From Eledone cirrhosa (Eukaryota), in NCBI GenBank assembly GCA_964016885.1, contig OZ024754.1, forward strand, positions 14,136,001 through 14,200,000: a stretch of DNA of 64,000 nt, in the 5' to 3' direction. Below the pieces are notes generated by a model. It was not told where the DNA came from and searched no databases. It saw only the letters and a list, made by a program, of their open reading frames with translations. The position numbers and the translations under genes were made by a program. Shown here one piece after another: positions 11,475-24,381 of the stretch. The first letter of the stretch is position 1; every line of letters starts with the position of its first letter.

Positions 11475-12100
11475 TGAGGGAACACTACATAGTGGACTGG
11501 GTGCATTCTATTGTAGCACCAGCACTACCACTCTACAGAGTGGACTAGGTGCATTCTGTTGGATGTATTTAATCATAGCACCAGCACTACCACTTTACAG
11601 AGTGGACTGCGTGTATTTAATCATAGCACCAGCGCTACCACTTTACAGAGTGGACTGGGTGTATTTAATCATAACACCAGCACTACCACTTTACAGAGTG
11701 GACTGGGTGTATTTAATCATAGCACCAGCACTACCACTTTACAGAGTGGACTGGGTGTATTTAATCATAGCACCAGTGCTACCACTTTACAGAGTGGACT
11801 GGGTGTATTTTATCATAACACCAGCGCTACCACTTTACAGATCGGATTGGGTGTATTTAATCATAGCACCAGCACTACCACTTTACAGAGTGGACTGGGT
11901 GTATTTAATCATAGCACCAGCACTACCACTTTACAGAGTGGACTGCGTGTATTTAATCATAGCACCAGCGCTACCACTTTACAGAGTGGACTGGGTGTAT
12001 TTAATCATAGCACCAGCACTACCACTTTACAGAGTGGACTGGATGTATTTAATCATAGCACCAGCACTACCACTTTACAGAGTGGACTGGGTGCATTTTA
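11475..12100. repeat. 48-bp intronic minisatellite, about 12 copies
   Basis: Unit ATCATAGCACCAGCACTACCACTTTACAGAGTGGACTGGGTGTATTTA. Confidence 0.95.
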
Positions 12101-12166
12101 TTGTCTGTTATGTTTTGCTATTGCATTGTTCTTTCTTTATTTTTGTTTTATTTGTGTAATTTGTAG

Positions 12167-12383
12167 ACTGAAGGTTTGATGAGCCAGAGATGTCATCTAC
12201 GACAGATTCCTCAAGCATTGTTGTGGGTCGGGGGAGACAAGAGCAAGCTGTGTGATAAACCAAGTCCCCATTGGAATGTGATGAGATGGGATGCTACTGC
12301 CAAAGAATATCTTAAATTGGATGACATGTATCCTGTCACATCAATAGTGGAAGCTGACATGGGCTACAGAGTGTGTAGTTTAG
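12167..12383 (+). CDS. Kelch-like protein, coding exon 3
   Basis: TTGTAG acceptor; LLWVGG first kelch repeat; donor G|GTAATA; phase consistent. Confidence 0.85.
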
Positions 12384-13276
12384 GTAATAGAATTCTATTT
12401 TAAGCATTATCATTACCTTTAGCATGCTAGAAATTTTTATGAATTACTTCCCTTGACACTGTATTATATATTAAAGGGAGATTACTCTATCGGCGATATA
12501 ATGCGCCTGTGGCATCCAGAAGGTTAATGTCTACTTTCCATGCTTGCATTGGTTTGATGGGCTGTCATGTGGGGCCAGATAAGTCAACAGTATAAACTAT
12601 TAAGCCTTTCACAAGCAGAAACCTAATTTCACTTTGGCAGTCCTGATTGTATTTATCTGTCTTTGGTCAATAAAAGCAACAGCATCTGTTTATTTATCTA
12701 ACTACCTGTCTATCTATCTAGCTACCAGTCTACCTATCCACCTATCTATTTGTCTGTCTATCTCATTTATCTACCTACCTATATATTTATCTTTCTACCT
12801 GCATTTTTGTATTTAATCGTGGCAAGGCTTTGGCATGTTGTCACCAACTGGTCAGTATTCTAGAGGAGCCACTGACCTCCAGGTGGGTTGAAGGCCTGAC
12901 ATATGATCCTTCTTGAGTCATCCCTCCCTTGAAGGTGAAGTAGTCATTTTATTCATGAATTTCTTCGCTAACTGGAGCAGTTGTTCCAACCCACTACCAA
13001 ATTAACAGTCGATCATCTGTGAAGCCACTGGTGCTCACAACACCGAAGTCATCTAATTAAACTGATGGCTACCTTATAAACTACTGCTTACTATGGGACA
13101 AGCAGAATTATTATCAAGGCTTACTCCTCCAGATCTGACCTGTTCTGCTAAACTATTATCCTATGATAATCATATCACTCATATGATCTTTATAGCTTGT
13201 AAATGACTGGCTAAGATGTTTATTTGCTGCTGTGTTTATACATTTCCTTTTCTATTTCTTTACATGAAACTGTCAG

Positions 13277-13507
13277 GTGTGGAAGTCTATGTGTTGGGCG
13301 GTGAAGCTAAACTTGGAAGTAACAACTGGCAAAGACAAACCTGGGCTTATGATTTATTAAAAAGGAAATGGATAAGAAAAGCACGTCTCCTGCAACCACG
13401 TCGCCACCATGCTGTTTGTGTCCTTGATGATGATATCTATGTGATTGGTGGCTTTACCAAATACCGTGAGATTACTGTCAGTGTACACTGCTATCATTCT
13501 ATCACTG
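13277..13507 (+). CDS. Kelch-like protein, coding exon 4
   Basis: VYVLGG...AYD...W...PRRHHAVCVLDDDIYVIGG kelch motifs; TCAG acceptor and G|GTATGT donor. Confidence 0.92.
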
Positions 13508-14298
13508 GTATGTTTTCATTTGACTATTTGTTTTAGTTTCTCTAGTAACCTTTCATCATCATTTTACTGTTAACTTTTCCATCATCATTTCACTACTAAC
13601 TTTTCCATCATCATTTTACTATAACTTTCCATCATCATTTTACGTCCGTTGGTCCATGCTTGCATGAGTTGGATTAACTTTTGTATCCATTTAGTAAATT
13701 GCACTGAATCTTTTTTATGAATTGCTTCCCTTGACACTGTATTATGTATTAAGGGGAGATTATTCTATTGGTGACTTATGTCGTCAACAGCGCCAAGAAG
13801 GTTAAATAAACTAGTTCTTGCATAGAATCAGCCATATTTGGTGATATTAATCTTTTTGCCCTTATATATCCTTTTCAACTTGAGAATTATATACCAAGGG
13901 CAACTAACTAACCTACATTAGCTTTTGGAGTAGTTTGTTTCCCTTACATCAAGTTACTTACCAAGACAACACTAACTAACCTTTTAATTCCTATACAGCT
14001 GAATAAGTGCTCTTTCATATATAAAACTTAATTTACTAATTTACTGTAAGGTAGCACAATAAAGGGTGGAGAGGACTCTTCAGTCCTTACAGACAACCCT
14101 TCTACTGCTAGTGGCACAAAGAATATACCCAGTCCATGCTGTAAATAGTTAGTGATATGAAGGGCATCCAGCCAGAAAAGCCTTACCAAAAATTATAGGA
14201 AGCACAGCATATATCCATCCAACCAAAGCAAACATGAAAAAGCAGATATAAAGTGATGATGATGATGATATTCAACATGAACAAATATCTACTTTAAA

Positions 14299-14603
14299 TT
14301 AACCCTTTAGCATTTACATTACTCTATATTTACTATTGTATTTTCACAGTAAAAGCTTTATCTCACATAATAACGAATCTATGTGATTTTGATGTTATTT
14401 ATTTTGAAAACAATATCTTAACCCTTTACCATTTAAACCGGCCGTATTTGGCCAGAATTCTTTCACCTTTTTCTGTTCAAACCGGCTGTAACTGGCCACT
14501 CAGACTGATGTTAAGGGTTAATGTAGGTATGAACGACCAGTTACAGCTGGTTTGAACAGAAAGAGTTCTGGTCAGATATGGCCAGTTTAAATGCTAGAGT
14601 TAA
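14299..14603. mobile_element. TTAA-flanked (piggyBac-type) MITE with a short related copy nested inside (about 14418-14521)
   Basis: TTAACCCTTTAGCATTTA...TAAATGCTAGAGTTAA ends; inner TTAACCCTTTACC...AAGGGTTAA; relatives at about 17124, 25340, 26904, 33209, 45980, 46615 and 49273. Confidence 0.7.
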
Positions 14604-14638
14604 TGTATTTTTCTGTTATATTCTATTTATTAAAACAG

Positions 14639-15120
14639 ATTCCTGGACAGTATGTTCTGATTTAATAAGAGCGGAATTTGCTGCTACTGCCGCTGCCCTG
14701 AACAACAGAGTTTATTTATTGAAGACATTGACTATCCAGTGCTATAATCCCTTCAGTAACCAGTGGTCAATTATTACAACTGATGTACCACCAGCAACAA
14801 CACCCGGTTTCACTGTCATGTCAGCTATTACAGTTGGCAACTCACTCATCATACAAAGTGGATACAACAACAAACTCTACATGTATGATCCTTATGCAGA
14901 GGAACAGAATGAAGCGTGGACTTACCTCGGCTGTTTCAAAGATGTCTTTGGAAGCTGTGCAGAGCTGGATGGCAAAATATATTGCATGGGTAATGATAGC
15001 AACCATATGGAAACTTACGATATAGCCTCACAGACATTTGGTACAGAGGTGTCAGTCTCTTGTCATTTATCTCGCAGTTTCTTAGTGACTGTGCCCTTCT
15101 ATGAAGAAACAATGACATAA
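14639..15120 (+). CDS. Kelch-like protein, last coding exon
   Basis: AAACAG acceptor; degenerate kelch repeats (CYNPFSNQW, MYDPY, LDGKIYCMG); TAA at 15118-15120; total CDS 1767 nt. Confidence 0.88.
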
Positions 15121-17841
15121 AAAACAGCTAAACACCTTAATGTCTTCTCACTTTAAAAACAAATATTTTTTTGCTGTAATTTTTCACTTAGGAGAGTACC
15201 ATATAGTTAATGGTAAACTCCTGCAAAACTTAGAGATCTGGTTCCAGTTCCACAATGGAGCTGTTTCACTTCATCTGTGTTAACAATGTGCTTGGGAAAG
15301 GCATGAATACCACAACTGCTAACAGATAATAAAAGCCCATAACAGAAAAGCTTCCCTGAGACATTATCACCAAATTGTAGCAATATAAAGTTATATAGGA
15401 CAGCCTTTTTACCAACATTTTCTACATTCTTTTTGTTTAATATATATGCATATATAATTTATTTCAGATGGAAATGACTTCTACAGGACTAGCACTGTTT
15501 CATTCAAACAGTGCTACTCCTGCACACAAATTTTTTATCTGAAGTAAATTATATACCCCCTAATTGTGGTTTCTTTCTGTTCTACGGAAAACCACTCTCT
15601 CTATCTATATATATAACCAATTTAGACTAACATAATTTTACTCTATCTACGTTTCAATATAATGTGTATATATTATATATATATATAGAGAAAGAGGGGG
15701 GAACAGAGATTTGAATTTACACTGCAATACTAATAATATACTAAATGAAATACTTATGGCTATTATTGTTAAATAACTGTAGTCAGATTTACTGGGACAT
15801 GGAAGCTATCAATGAATGAAGCATCTGGTTTAATGTTTCAATCTATTGCTATGTGCTGTCTTTATTGTCAGACATGCTGTCCTAAGTCTTGTAAAGCTGT
15901 GGTCTCTATACCAAATTTAGGAATTTGTTCTCTTCTTCACCCACCTATTTCTGTGAGAATCGTAGAATCCTCAAACTCTCGTTCCAGTAGGTCCTTTCAG
16001 AAGCAACTATCTCCAATTGATCTGGCTGGATCCTCAAACAAGACCAGCTGAACTCATGGATGTTGTCCAACTGTCTTGCTCAGCGTCTACTTGCCTGCAA
16101 AATCTGTCCAGTGATTCTTTTCTGAGACATTCTGATCACATCTGTAATGTCTTAATTCGTTGAGGCAGGAAATTTTGCCTTTCACTGACTACATAGAAAT
16201 TCCTCAATTAGCTTAATATGCTTATATTGCTACAACTGTAGTTCTTGTTGTATCTAAAATAGTTCAGATTTGCTGTCCTGCCATTAACAAGTTATCTAAA
16301 GACATAATCATCACCATCAAGTCAACACATTCTGTGCTTGAAGTAACCTACAAACTTTTGAAAGTTACCAGCATAAAATTGTCCTATCATTTTTTTTTTT
16401 TTTTTAAATCCAGTTTCTAATCCATTGTGCCTGTCACAGGTCAAAGATTTCTGTGTTTTGTATCCAACCCTAACCTGCTAACCATGTATGGAGATATTTG
16501 GCCCCACTGGCTGAAAATGTGTTGTTAAGCACATGAATAGCCTCCCCCATCTCTTATATGGTTGGTACCTTATAGAGGAGGATATCTTGTTTCTTTTACA
16601 GTAACCAGTGTAGGGCTTTTTACTGATCAGAATCCTTCTGTAAGTTTGGCATTTTATGGTGCATTTCTCATATGGTGATCAGGGTCCACCTTTCTATGTT
16701 ACTGGCAACTTACAGAGTGCCTATTTCCCTCATTAACAATCTCACTGCCTCACTAATTACAGCTAAAAATAGATGTATATAACTACCAAGTAGCAAATAA
16801 CTTGCATCCACTCTTTCACCTAACATTTATTTATTTATTTATTGAATTAAATATATATATATATATATACTTTTGTTGTGTTTTGTTTCTTAATTGTTAA
16901 CTTTGATTATAAAGCAGATTGGCAGTCGTTAGAATATCAGATAGAATGCTTTATAGTATTCAATCTAGCTACTGATTTCTGAGGTCAAGTTTACCTTTCA
17001 TCCTTTTGAGGTTAAGTAACAGTCGAGTACTAGGGTTGATTCTTCTTCTGTATATCTTTCTCACATTGTTCTTTAGAAGAAGTCAGCTGTGTTCAAATCT
17101 AGAGAGAGGGTGGGCTAAAGTGCTTTAACCCTTTAGCATTGAAACCGGCTGTATCCAGCCAGAATTCTCTCACCATGAATCTGCCATACCTGCTTAAAGT
17201 GAAGTGGAGAAAAACATTGGGTCAAATATATACACACACACACGTTTATAACAGTGACAAACAAATATTCTTTACATTTATCCAGTTACATGTTCATACC
17301 AACAATAACCAGAATTTTATTTTATTTTATTTGACATCACCAACTAGCAAGGAGAATGGATGTTCAATGATAATGATTATTATTGATCAAAGCTAGTAGC
17401 TTCAGATTTCAAAACTGAGATGGAATGACAACCATAGAGCAAATGTTTACATTCACACTGCAAATGTATAAGATGGTTGAAAATAATATATATATATATG
17501 TATTTATTTATTTATGTATGTATGTACGTATTTATGTATGTGTGCATGTATGTATGTATGTACATATGTATATATATATATAAACACATATAAATATATA
17601 TATATATGTATCTATGAGCCCACTCTTAGATACAAATACATGATCATATAAGCAATATAAAAAATTTAAATTAAAACAGAAAAATGGAAGAGAATTTTTT
17701 ATGAAGGATGGAAAACATTGTCTCACTTTGGCACTTCTTGGTATTTTATTATTAATATTGTTATTATCATTGTTGTTGATGATATTATTACAGAAGTATC
17801 TGTCCAAATAAAAATAGAAACAAGACAAGACTGAGATATTA

Positions 17842-20172
17842 TTATACAATAGCATACTGCTGGTAGACAAGGTCCCGAATTATAAAGTAATCTGGGCACA
17901 AAGCACCCTCTAATTGTAATTTCCCAGCCTCGTTCTTTTTTATAGCAACTTTGTTATTACAGATAAGAACCCCAGCAGTAAATTCTGCCTGTATACCAGC
18001 TTGTAGTAAGAACATCTTCAAATCTGATAGTTTTGGTTCATTGATAAACACTGGTGTGTGTCCTGGTTGTTTGTTGCTTGGTGGAGCTTCAAGTGTAGGC
18101 ACATGGATGTGGGCCTCCTCTTCGTCCTTTTCTGCATCTGTAGCGTCGTCTCTTTTAAATAAATCCATTAATTTCTTCTTTTCTAACTCTTCCGCTGCTA
18201 TTTCTTTCTCTTCTGGTTCATAACGTGCACTTGTATCTGTTTTGGCCTCTTTCAAATCCAGCTGGCCCTCAATCCAAGCCAGCTCAGCATCCCGTGCACG
18301 AGAAAAGCTCAATGCTGACACTACATAGTCCTTTAACTTCACCTGATAAATGTGACTTTCTCGAGTGGCATCAACAATATCACCAACATGTGGGGCAAAA
18401 ATACGGGTCTGTGACAGGCAGCCACTACTTAAGCAGAACTCTTCCAAACTCTCAGTGGGATCAGGTCTGCCATGAATTAGGATTAACTGGCGAGGTTTAA
18501 TCTGTGTTATAATTTTACGTATTGATTCCCCATCTGATCTACCTTCAAAATCAATGTATTTTACGTTGGCATGGATTTCCAATGTAATAGTTGATGATAC
18601 ACATTTGGTAGGGACTTCAGACATGTCCTGCATAGCTTCATCTTCTGGGACAGATTTCTCTTGTGTGATCTCCTCATCAGCAGGAGGCAGATCTAATATC
18701 GTATAATCCTCAGTTCGGATAATCTCACCACACTCATCCCACTTGAGTCTTTCTTCATAAAAGGGAAACATTGGATAAGCTTTCTTGGCTTGTTTGAAAA
18801 AACCTGACCGTGAGTTCCGATCACTTTTCATCATGAGATCATGCTTAGCTTTAGTAATATTAGTGGAGCCTTCAACTTCCATCTCCAGATCGCTGTCATC
18901 ACTTGATTCCATGTCTTCAGCATCACGTTTTGCTTGTTCAGTTTTGATTCGTTCCTCTGCTTCCTTCTCTTGCTTTTTCTTCAAATACTCTTCCAACTCA
19001 GTTCCTTCTAGTTTCACTCGGCGCCTCATTTCAACAGTAACTGTTTTGTCTTTCGGATGGTCAATAAGCCATCGTGCCAAGGTACCAGGCGACGTCCGGC
19101 TGGTAAGAATGATGCTGTTTTTGGCATTACCACACCATCCCATGAACAGGTCTCGAGCAAAGCCACACTGAAGGTCTGGCATGCTAGCTAAAACAACTTT
19201 AGGTTCCATGACTTTCGATAACTCTGCTAGATTGTGACACAACTTCAAATGTTTAAAATGAAAAGGATTGTTACGGTGGTCTTCAAAAGCACGCATTATT
19301 TTATCGCTCATCCATTCTACCTGTGATTTAGCAAACTCAACTACATTGAAGCTGACGTTATTCAAAAGAGCGAGAGAATATGTGGAGAGTCCAGAGTCGG
19401 GACTGCGCCACATTTGATCAAGAAGTTGAGCAAGTTCAAGAACCCGACCTGATGTGTCGACCGATACCAAAACATTACCGTTATTCCTCATGGTTGATAA
19501 AATGGTAGTCATAAGTTGTTCATCTCGAAGACGCCGTCGAGATTGAGCGTAAGTGGAATTCAAAGAGTCTGTGATCAAAAGCGACGGTCGATTTATACTC
19601 TCAAGAACACATCCATTTAAATGTCGCTCTTTTTTGTGGTTATAGTCGACTGCATAGACAATTTCTTCTTCGTCTCCATCTTTCACTATTTTCCATATCG
19701 TACCACCTATCATATGACCAGCAGGAAGGGGTGTTATTTGTAAACCCTGTCCTTTCCCCTTCAAACTAACAGTCTGGCTGTATTTCAGTTGAGTGATTTT
19801 ATCGAATGCTGCATCGATATCGTCTAACGTAAAAATATTGAACTCCTCGTTGTTATGTCTTGACTGGTACAGGTCGTACATAAACATCTGTCCCATTTTA
19901 TAAACAGGAATCGTAGCGTAAACAGGACACATTAAACCGCATTTCCCGACCATGTAGGGCAAAGCCCCGAGATGATTGTGATCGGGGTAACTTAAGAGAA
20001 CGGCATCAATGAGATGAGCATGCCGCTTGAGTTCGCGGATATATGTCATGTTGAAATCTTCATTCCATCCACAATCCAAAAGAAAACGGAATTCGTCAAC
20101 CTGTAAGAGGTAACAGGGAGGGGATTCATCGTAAGCACCGGAGAAAACTTGTAATTTAACAATAGAAGTCAT
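17842..20172 (-). CDS. CPSF2: Cleavage and polyadenylation specificity factor subunit 2 (CPSF100), 776 aa, no introns in the CDS
   Basis: MTSIVKL start, [19 protein letters not shown] (non-catalytic MBL motif), [37 protein letters not shown]-terminus LVYQQYAIV. The true ATG is at 20172; the ORF track starts one codon earlier at a GTG. Confidence 0.97.
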   Translation of the reverse strand: MTSIVKLQVFSGAYDESPPCYLLQVDEFRFLLDCGWNEDFNMTYIRELKRHAHLIDAVLLSYPDHNHLGALPYMVGKCGLMCPVYATIPVYKMGQMFMYDLYQSRHNNEEFNIFTLDDIDAAFDKITQLKYSQTVSLKGKGQGLQITPLPAGHMIGGTIWKIVKDGDEEEIVYAVDYNHKKERHLNGCVLESINRPSLLITDSLNSTYAQSRRRLRDEQLMTTILSTMRNNGNVLVSVDTSGRVLELAQLLDQMWRSPDSGLSTYSLALLNNVSFNVVEFAKSQVEWMSDKIMRAFEDHRNNPFHFKHLKLCHNLAELSKVMEPKVVLASMPDLQCGFARDLFMGWCGNAKNSIILTSRTSPGTLARWLIDHPKDKTVTVEMRRRVKLEGTELEEYLKKKQEKEAEERIKTEQAKRDAEDMESSDDSDLEMEVEGSTNITKAKHDLMMKSDRNSRSGFFKQAKKAYPMFPFYEERLKWDECGEIIRTEDYTILDLPPADEEITQEKSVPEDEAMQDMSEVPTKCVSSTITLEIHANVKYIDFEGRSDGESIRKIITQIKPRQLILIHGRPDPTESLEEFCLSSGCLSQTRIFAPHVGDIVDATRESHIYQVKLKDYVVSALSFSRARDAELAWIEGQLDLKEAKTDTSARYEPEEKEIAAEELEKKKLMDLFKRDDATDAEKDEEEAHIHVPTLEAPPSNKQPGHTPVFINEPKLSDLKMFLLQAGIQAEFTAGVLICNNKVAIKKNEAGKLQLEGALCPDYFIIRDLVYQQYAIV

Positions 20173-21154
20173 CACGTAATTAGCAATAAAGTAGAGAAGT
20201 TTTTAACACGGTAAAATGTTTAGGATAGGTTTTGAAAGAAACGTGACAGCAAAAGAGTCTGCTAAGTTATATATATATAAGTATACTATATACACTATGT
20301 ATATTTGATATATACTGTAAATACATATGCTGTGTACATGCGACAGTAACGTAACGTTACTTCAATGGCTAAAAAAAAAAAAGAAGTCTTTTCACACTTA
20401 GCTTTTAAAGTAGAGCCAAGATGTTAAAGAATATGATACGATTAATCCAGAAAATGAAGGTAATCCAACGAAGTAGTCAAATAACAAATACGCTAATTAA
20501 ATAGCATAAAGACGGTTCATCCGCTGCCGGGAAGTCGACATCTTTGAATAACAATAGATTATTTCCCTTGAATCAGTGGAAATCTCTTTGAAAAACTATG
20601 GAATGTTAAAAGGGTTTAAATACAATTTTTATTTCGTTATTAACAATGATTCATTACACCGAAAAAAGTCCATTCTTTTTTGTTGACTATTTTCTTATTT
20701 ATTGATTTCTCTAAGTGAGCTCCATCTCTCTGAAATGGGTTTCCTCTGTCTCTACGAACTGCACCATCTGTTTCGGCTTTCAGATCAGATTTGAAGATTT
20801 TATCTTTTCATGAAATACCATCAGTAAACTGCCTTCAAAATCTTTAATCCAATGCAATCAGGACCTTCTTACTCTTGTTAGAGCAACCCCTCCCTGGTTG
20901 ACCTCCACCTCTTTCTGTTTGATTTTGGTCATGTCAGGAGTGTAGCCGTACTCACCATGCTTGGCCAATTGTGGGTTGGTGAAGCTATTTAACCCATAGT
21001 TAAGGTGGATAGCTCTTGACTCTGAGGAATTTAAACACCATTTTTACAGCTCTTCTTTTTGTGCTGCTGAGATTCCACTTTCCGTCTCAAATTATATCTC
21101 TACCTTTCACCCAAGGGAAAAGGGTAAGATCATCTGGCCTCCTGCATGCTTCAT

Positions 21155-21330
21155 AAAATTTGCCCACACTACACCTGATATCCCCCCTCCATATGCACGC
21201 ACACATGTATATCATGACTCATACACTGCTCACTTCCCTGACATTTGTACATTATTCTATGTACTATACATGCACATTTGATCAGTTGTAGTGCACCTGA
21301 GCACTGTACACAATTTCATTATTATTATTT
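21155..21330 (+). mobile_element. CR1-type LINE 3'-UTR fragment
   Basis: Matches the reverse complement of 62270-62430 (ACATGTATATCATGACTCATACACTG...GCACCTGAGCACT...TTTCATTATT). Confidence 0.8.
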
Positions 21331-21439
21331 ATATATATATATATTAAATAAACGAGAAAGAAAACGACGATTGTCAAATTTTAAAAGAAAAGGGGGAAGC
21401 AAGAAGACCCACACCACAGCAATAAATGCTGGAGCCTCT

Positions 21440-21590
21440 CTCTAAAACTTTTGAAGCAAGCCAACACATGCGCAGCATTACCGCAGGTGATAGCGAGGTT
21501 AAGGCGCTGGAATAACCAAGCACTCTGGTGAGCAACATCTTCAATATTTTTGATCCATATGAACATCCGTAGTACCAGCAATGCTTGCAT
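21440..21590 (-). mobile_element. CRE-clade non-LTR retrotransposon C-terminal remnant
   Basis: WLFQRLNLAITCGNAAHVL resembles the QRxSxAxxRGNA terminus of CRE restriction-like endonuclease domains. Confidence 0.6.
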
Positions 21591-21789
21591 TCGAATTTTT
21601 AAATTTTATTTTGCAAAATCATCTATTTTCGTGAAGTATTAAATATTGATTTCTACTATTAAATAATGATTTCTATTGAATATTATTTTTATATAATATT
21701 TTAGATTTTTGGCTCCGATTCCGTTTAATTTTAAATACTAACATTTCTATGTGAATAAGTAACTACTTAGAAAATAAAGTGCGGGAAAT

Positions 21790-21830
21790 ATGGCTGACCA
21801 GATGATGGAAGTTGCCGAACTTGATTTTAG
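21790..21830 (+). CDS. DSCC1: DSCC1 coding exon 1 (MADQMMEVAELDF)
   Basis: ATG plus AG|GTGTTG donor; phase 2 matches exon 2; peptide is not conserved, so this exon is less certain. Confidence 0.65.
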
Positions 21831-22804
21831 GTGTTGTTATTAACTTTTTCTAATTCATTCATTATTCTTTTGGAGTTTTATTTTTATTAATTCCTCACAT
21901 TTTTCGATGTTTGTTATGAAATTGATTTCATTTTATCTTTTCATTTCATATTAGCTACATTCAAAGTCTTGTTTTTACTACGAAGAAACGAAAACAAACA
22001 ATAAGCTATTTCACTTCGGCGAATTAAGCTCGTAATTTCTTTGAAAATAATTTTTAGAAAAATGGATGTAATTATTTCGAATGTTTTTAATATCAGAAAT
22101 AACCGCAGTAGGGTTAAATGCAGTTAATGTTGTTTAGAACCTTGTCGACTTTAGTGGACTCAGCATGGCTAGCGGGTTAGATCCCACGCAGTGGAATCGA
22201 ACTCGGGACCCGTGGTCAAGTATCATTTACCATAGCGTTGGGCCAACCTATGTCTTGGGAGTGAGTTGACGGAAACTGTTCGGAAGCCCGTCTGATGGAG
22301 TATAACTGTAATTCAAAGGGCCAGCCTTGTCATATATGTCATGCTAAATCTTGAGAATTACGTCAAGGGTGCACATGTCTGTGGAATGTTCTGCCACTTA
22401 CACGTTCTTTTCTGTTGATCGTCCAACTTGGAACACTCTTCTTTGAAACCGACGGAGGTATATCGTGTCGTGCCCTAGTTTATTAGGGTAATTTTTTTTA
22501 TTATTACACCCTTCTCGCTTATGAGGTGAAATTTTCCTCTGTGTGTGTTGTTTTGTTTTGAACAAATAAGGTCACTAGAATCACCGGACAGTACTCATTT
22601 TTCAAATTAACTTGTAGGGTGGGTGCGAGTGCTGAATAACTTCTGGTGGTTTTGAAGACTAGATTCGTTCAAAATGTAAATTAATAGAAATACACCCCAC
22701 CGATTCCAGTCAAGTACTGGGGATTGATGTAACCACTCTACTCACACAAGACTGTTGGCTTTGTGTCTTAATCAGAAACCATTATATTATTATTCGGCTC
22801 TTTA

Positions 22805-23200
22805 GGACAGTAAATTGGCAGCGTCGGACATGCTTTGCAACATATAATTACGATCCTTTACGTTCTGAGTTCAAATCTCTCCAAGGTTAGCTTTGCTTCT
22901 CAGCCTTACTGGGTCGATAAAATAAAGTACCAGGAACGCATTAGGGTCAAATTAATCAACTTACTCCTCCCTGAAAATTGTTGACCTGTGCCTAAATTAG
23001 AAACCATTATTATGGATTGGCAGTATCGGTAGAGGGTCGGACGCTATGCTTTGACGCAAAGAGTTACGGCCCTTGCCATTCTGAGTTCAAATCCCGCCGA
23101 GGTTAACTTTGCCTTTCATCCTTACGGGGTCGATAAAATAAAGTACCAGTAATACACTGGGTAATTGCTGGCCTTGTGCCAAAAGTAGAAATAATTATTA
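22805..23200 (+). mobile_element. Two tandem family-A SINEs
   Basis: Same A/B boxes and GGGGTCGATAAAATAAAGTACCAG core. Confidence 0.8.
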
Positions 23201-23591
23201 TTTATTTCTCCATTACGAGCCTCCTATTCTCCGCAGTAATCTCATTAATTCGTCGAAACTGCACTAGGTTGAGATCTGAAGAGAATATTTTAATGTTTGT
23301 GACCTATTTGCTTTCATCCATTCTTCTTCCTCCATCCTATCTTCTCTTCCTTCCTTCAAGTCAACTCACATCTAGCCGCTGATCTCTGTCCTTCGAGATA
23401 ATATTTTACCCAACATCGCTTCGCCGATATTTTGCTTCCATAAGCTGAGTTTTCCCATTTTCCTGAGAATTATTATTTGTGTTTTTCCTTTTCCTTCCAT
23501 TTTGTTTTCATTTCTTGTTGAGTTTCTTCTCGACACCCAGAGTAGAGAAACTCATTGCATGCATTGATAAGCCACAAAAATAAACAAATAG

Positions 23592-23834
23592 GCTATGTAG
23601 CCGGTAAACCCTAAAGAGACTCAACACACATCGTTATAGCTTTTCACCAGCCCTTCCTTCTGTTGTCTGTATCTGCTTATGTATTTACGTGTGTGTATGT
23701 AACTAAAGCATAACATACGTTATAAATGGACGACTAAATGATGTTAACTTGTTATTTGACGGTGGAAAAGATTTCAAATTGTCTTAATTCAGGCCACAAC
23801 TCATGGTGTCTGACACTCTTACCGGCTACATAGC
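23592..23834. mobile_element. Putative MITE with perfect 16-bp terminal inverted repeats
   Basis: GCTATGTAGCCGGTAA ... TTACCGGCTACATAGC. Confidence 0.6.
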
Positions 23835-23907
23835 TCTTCCAAAAATAAACTCACCAGATTGTTCACGGCATGCATTTTTATTCTATTTATTATTTTTATT
23901 ATTATAG

Positions 23908-24072
23908 GACAATTGAAGAAGTGAAGCGTGTGTTAGAATATGCCAAAATACATCCTTCTGAGTTCAAGCCCTATGTCCAATGTATCAACTTCTGTGAAAA
24001 CCTTGAGAATGAAAACTTGAAACTTTTGGAACTTGATGCGTGTGTCATGGATTCCCTTGTTGAAGGGCAGCA
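23908..24072 (+). CDS. DSCC1: DSCC1 exon 2
   Basis: RTIEEVKRVLEYAKI...LKLLELD resembles the DCC1 N-terminus; TATAG acceptor and CA|GTAAAT donor. Confidence 0.9.
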
Positions 24073-24381
24073 GTAAATATATTTTATTTCTCATTTGAAA
24101 TTTATTAATTTTTGTTTTGTTTTACACCCATTCTTTACCAATTTCTCACGTTAACATGAGTGGGAGGTGAATTTACAAATAATGATGAGTCCCCAACCAC
24201 TGGGTCGCAGACTGGTTCCAGTCTGTGGATCATTTACTACTAGGCCGCAAAAAATAATTAACTTGTTTAAAATTATGTAATAGATAAATTGAATATTGGA
24301 CTTTAATTTAAATAGATTTGTTTAAATATTCAATATTCATCGACTCAATACACTTTTTCTTCCTTTTACTAAATTGCTCAT

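Larger units (their letters stand above)
20173..21789. promoter_or_regulatory. Divergent CPSF2/DSCC1 intergenic region, probable bidirectional promoter
   Basis: Head-to-head start codons 1.6 kb apart; no specific promoter elements identified. Confidence 0.5.

Noticed and set aside
11401-12179. Repetitive ORFs of 252 and 206 aa
   Set aside because: They are translations of the 48-bp intronic minisatellite; the Kelch gene splices across it in phase.
17951-19171. Plus-strand ORFs overlapping CPSF2
   Set aside because: They are antisense shadows of the CPSF2 reading frame with no recognisable motifs.
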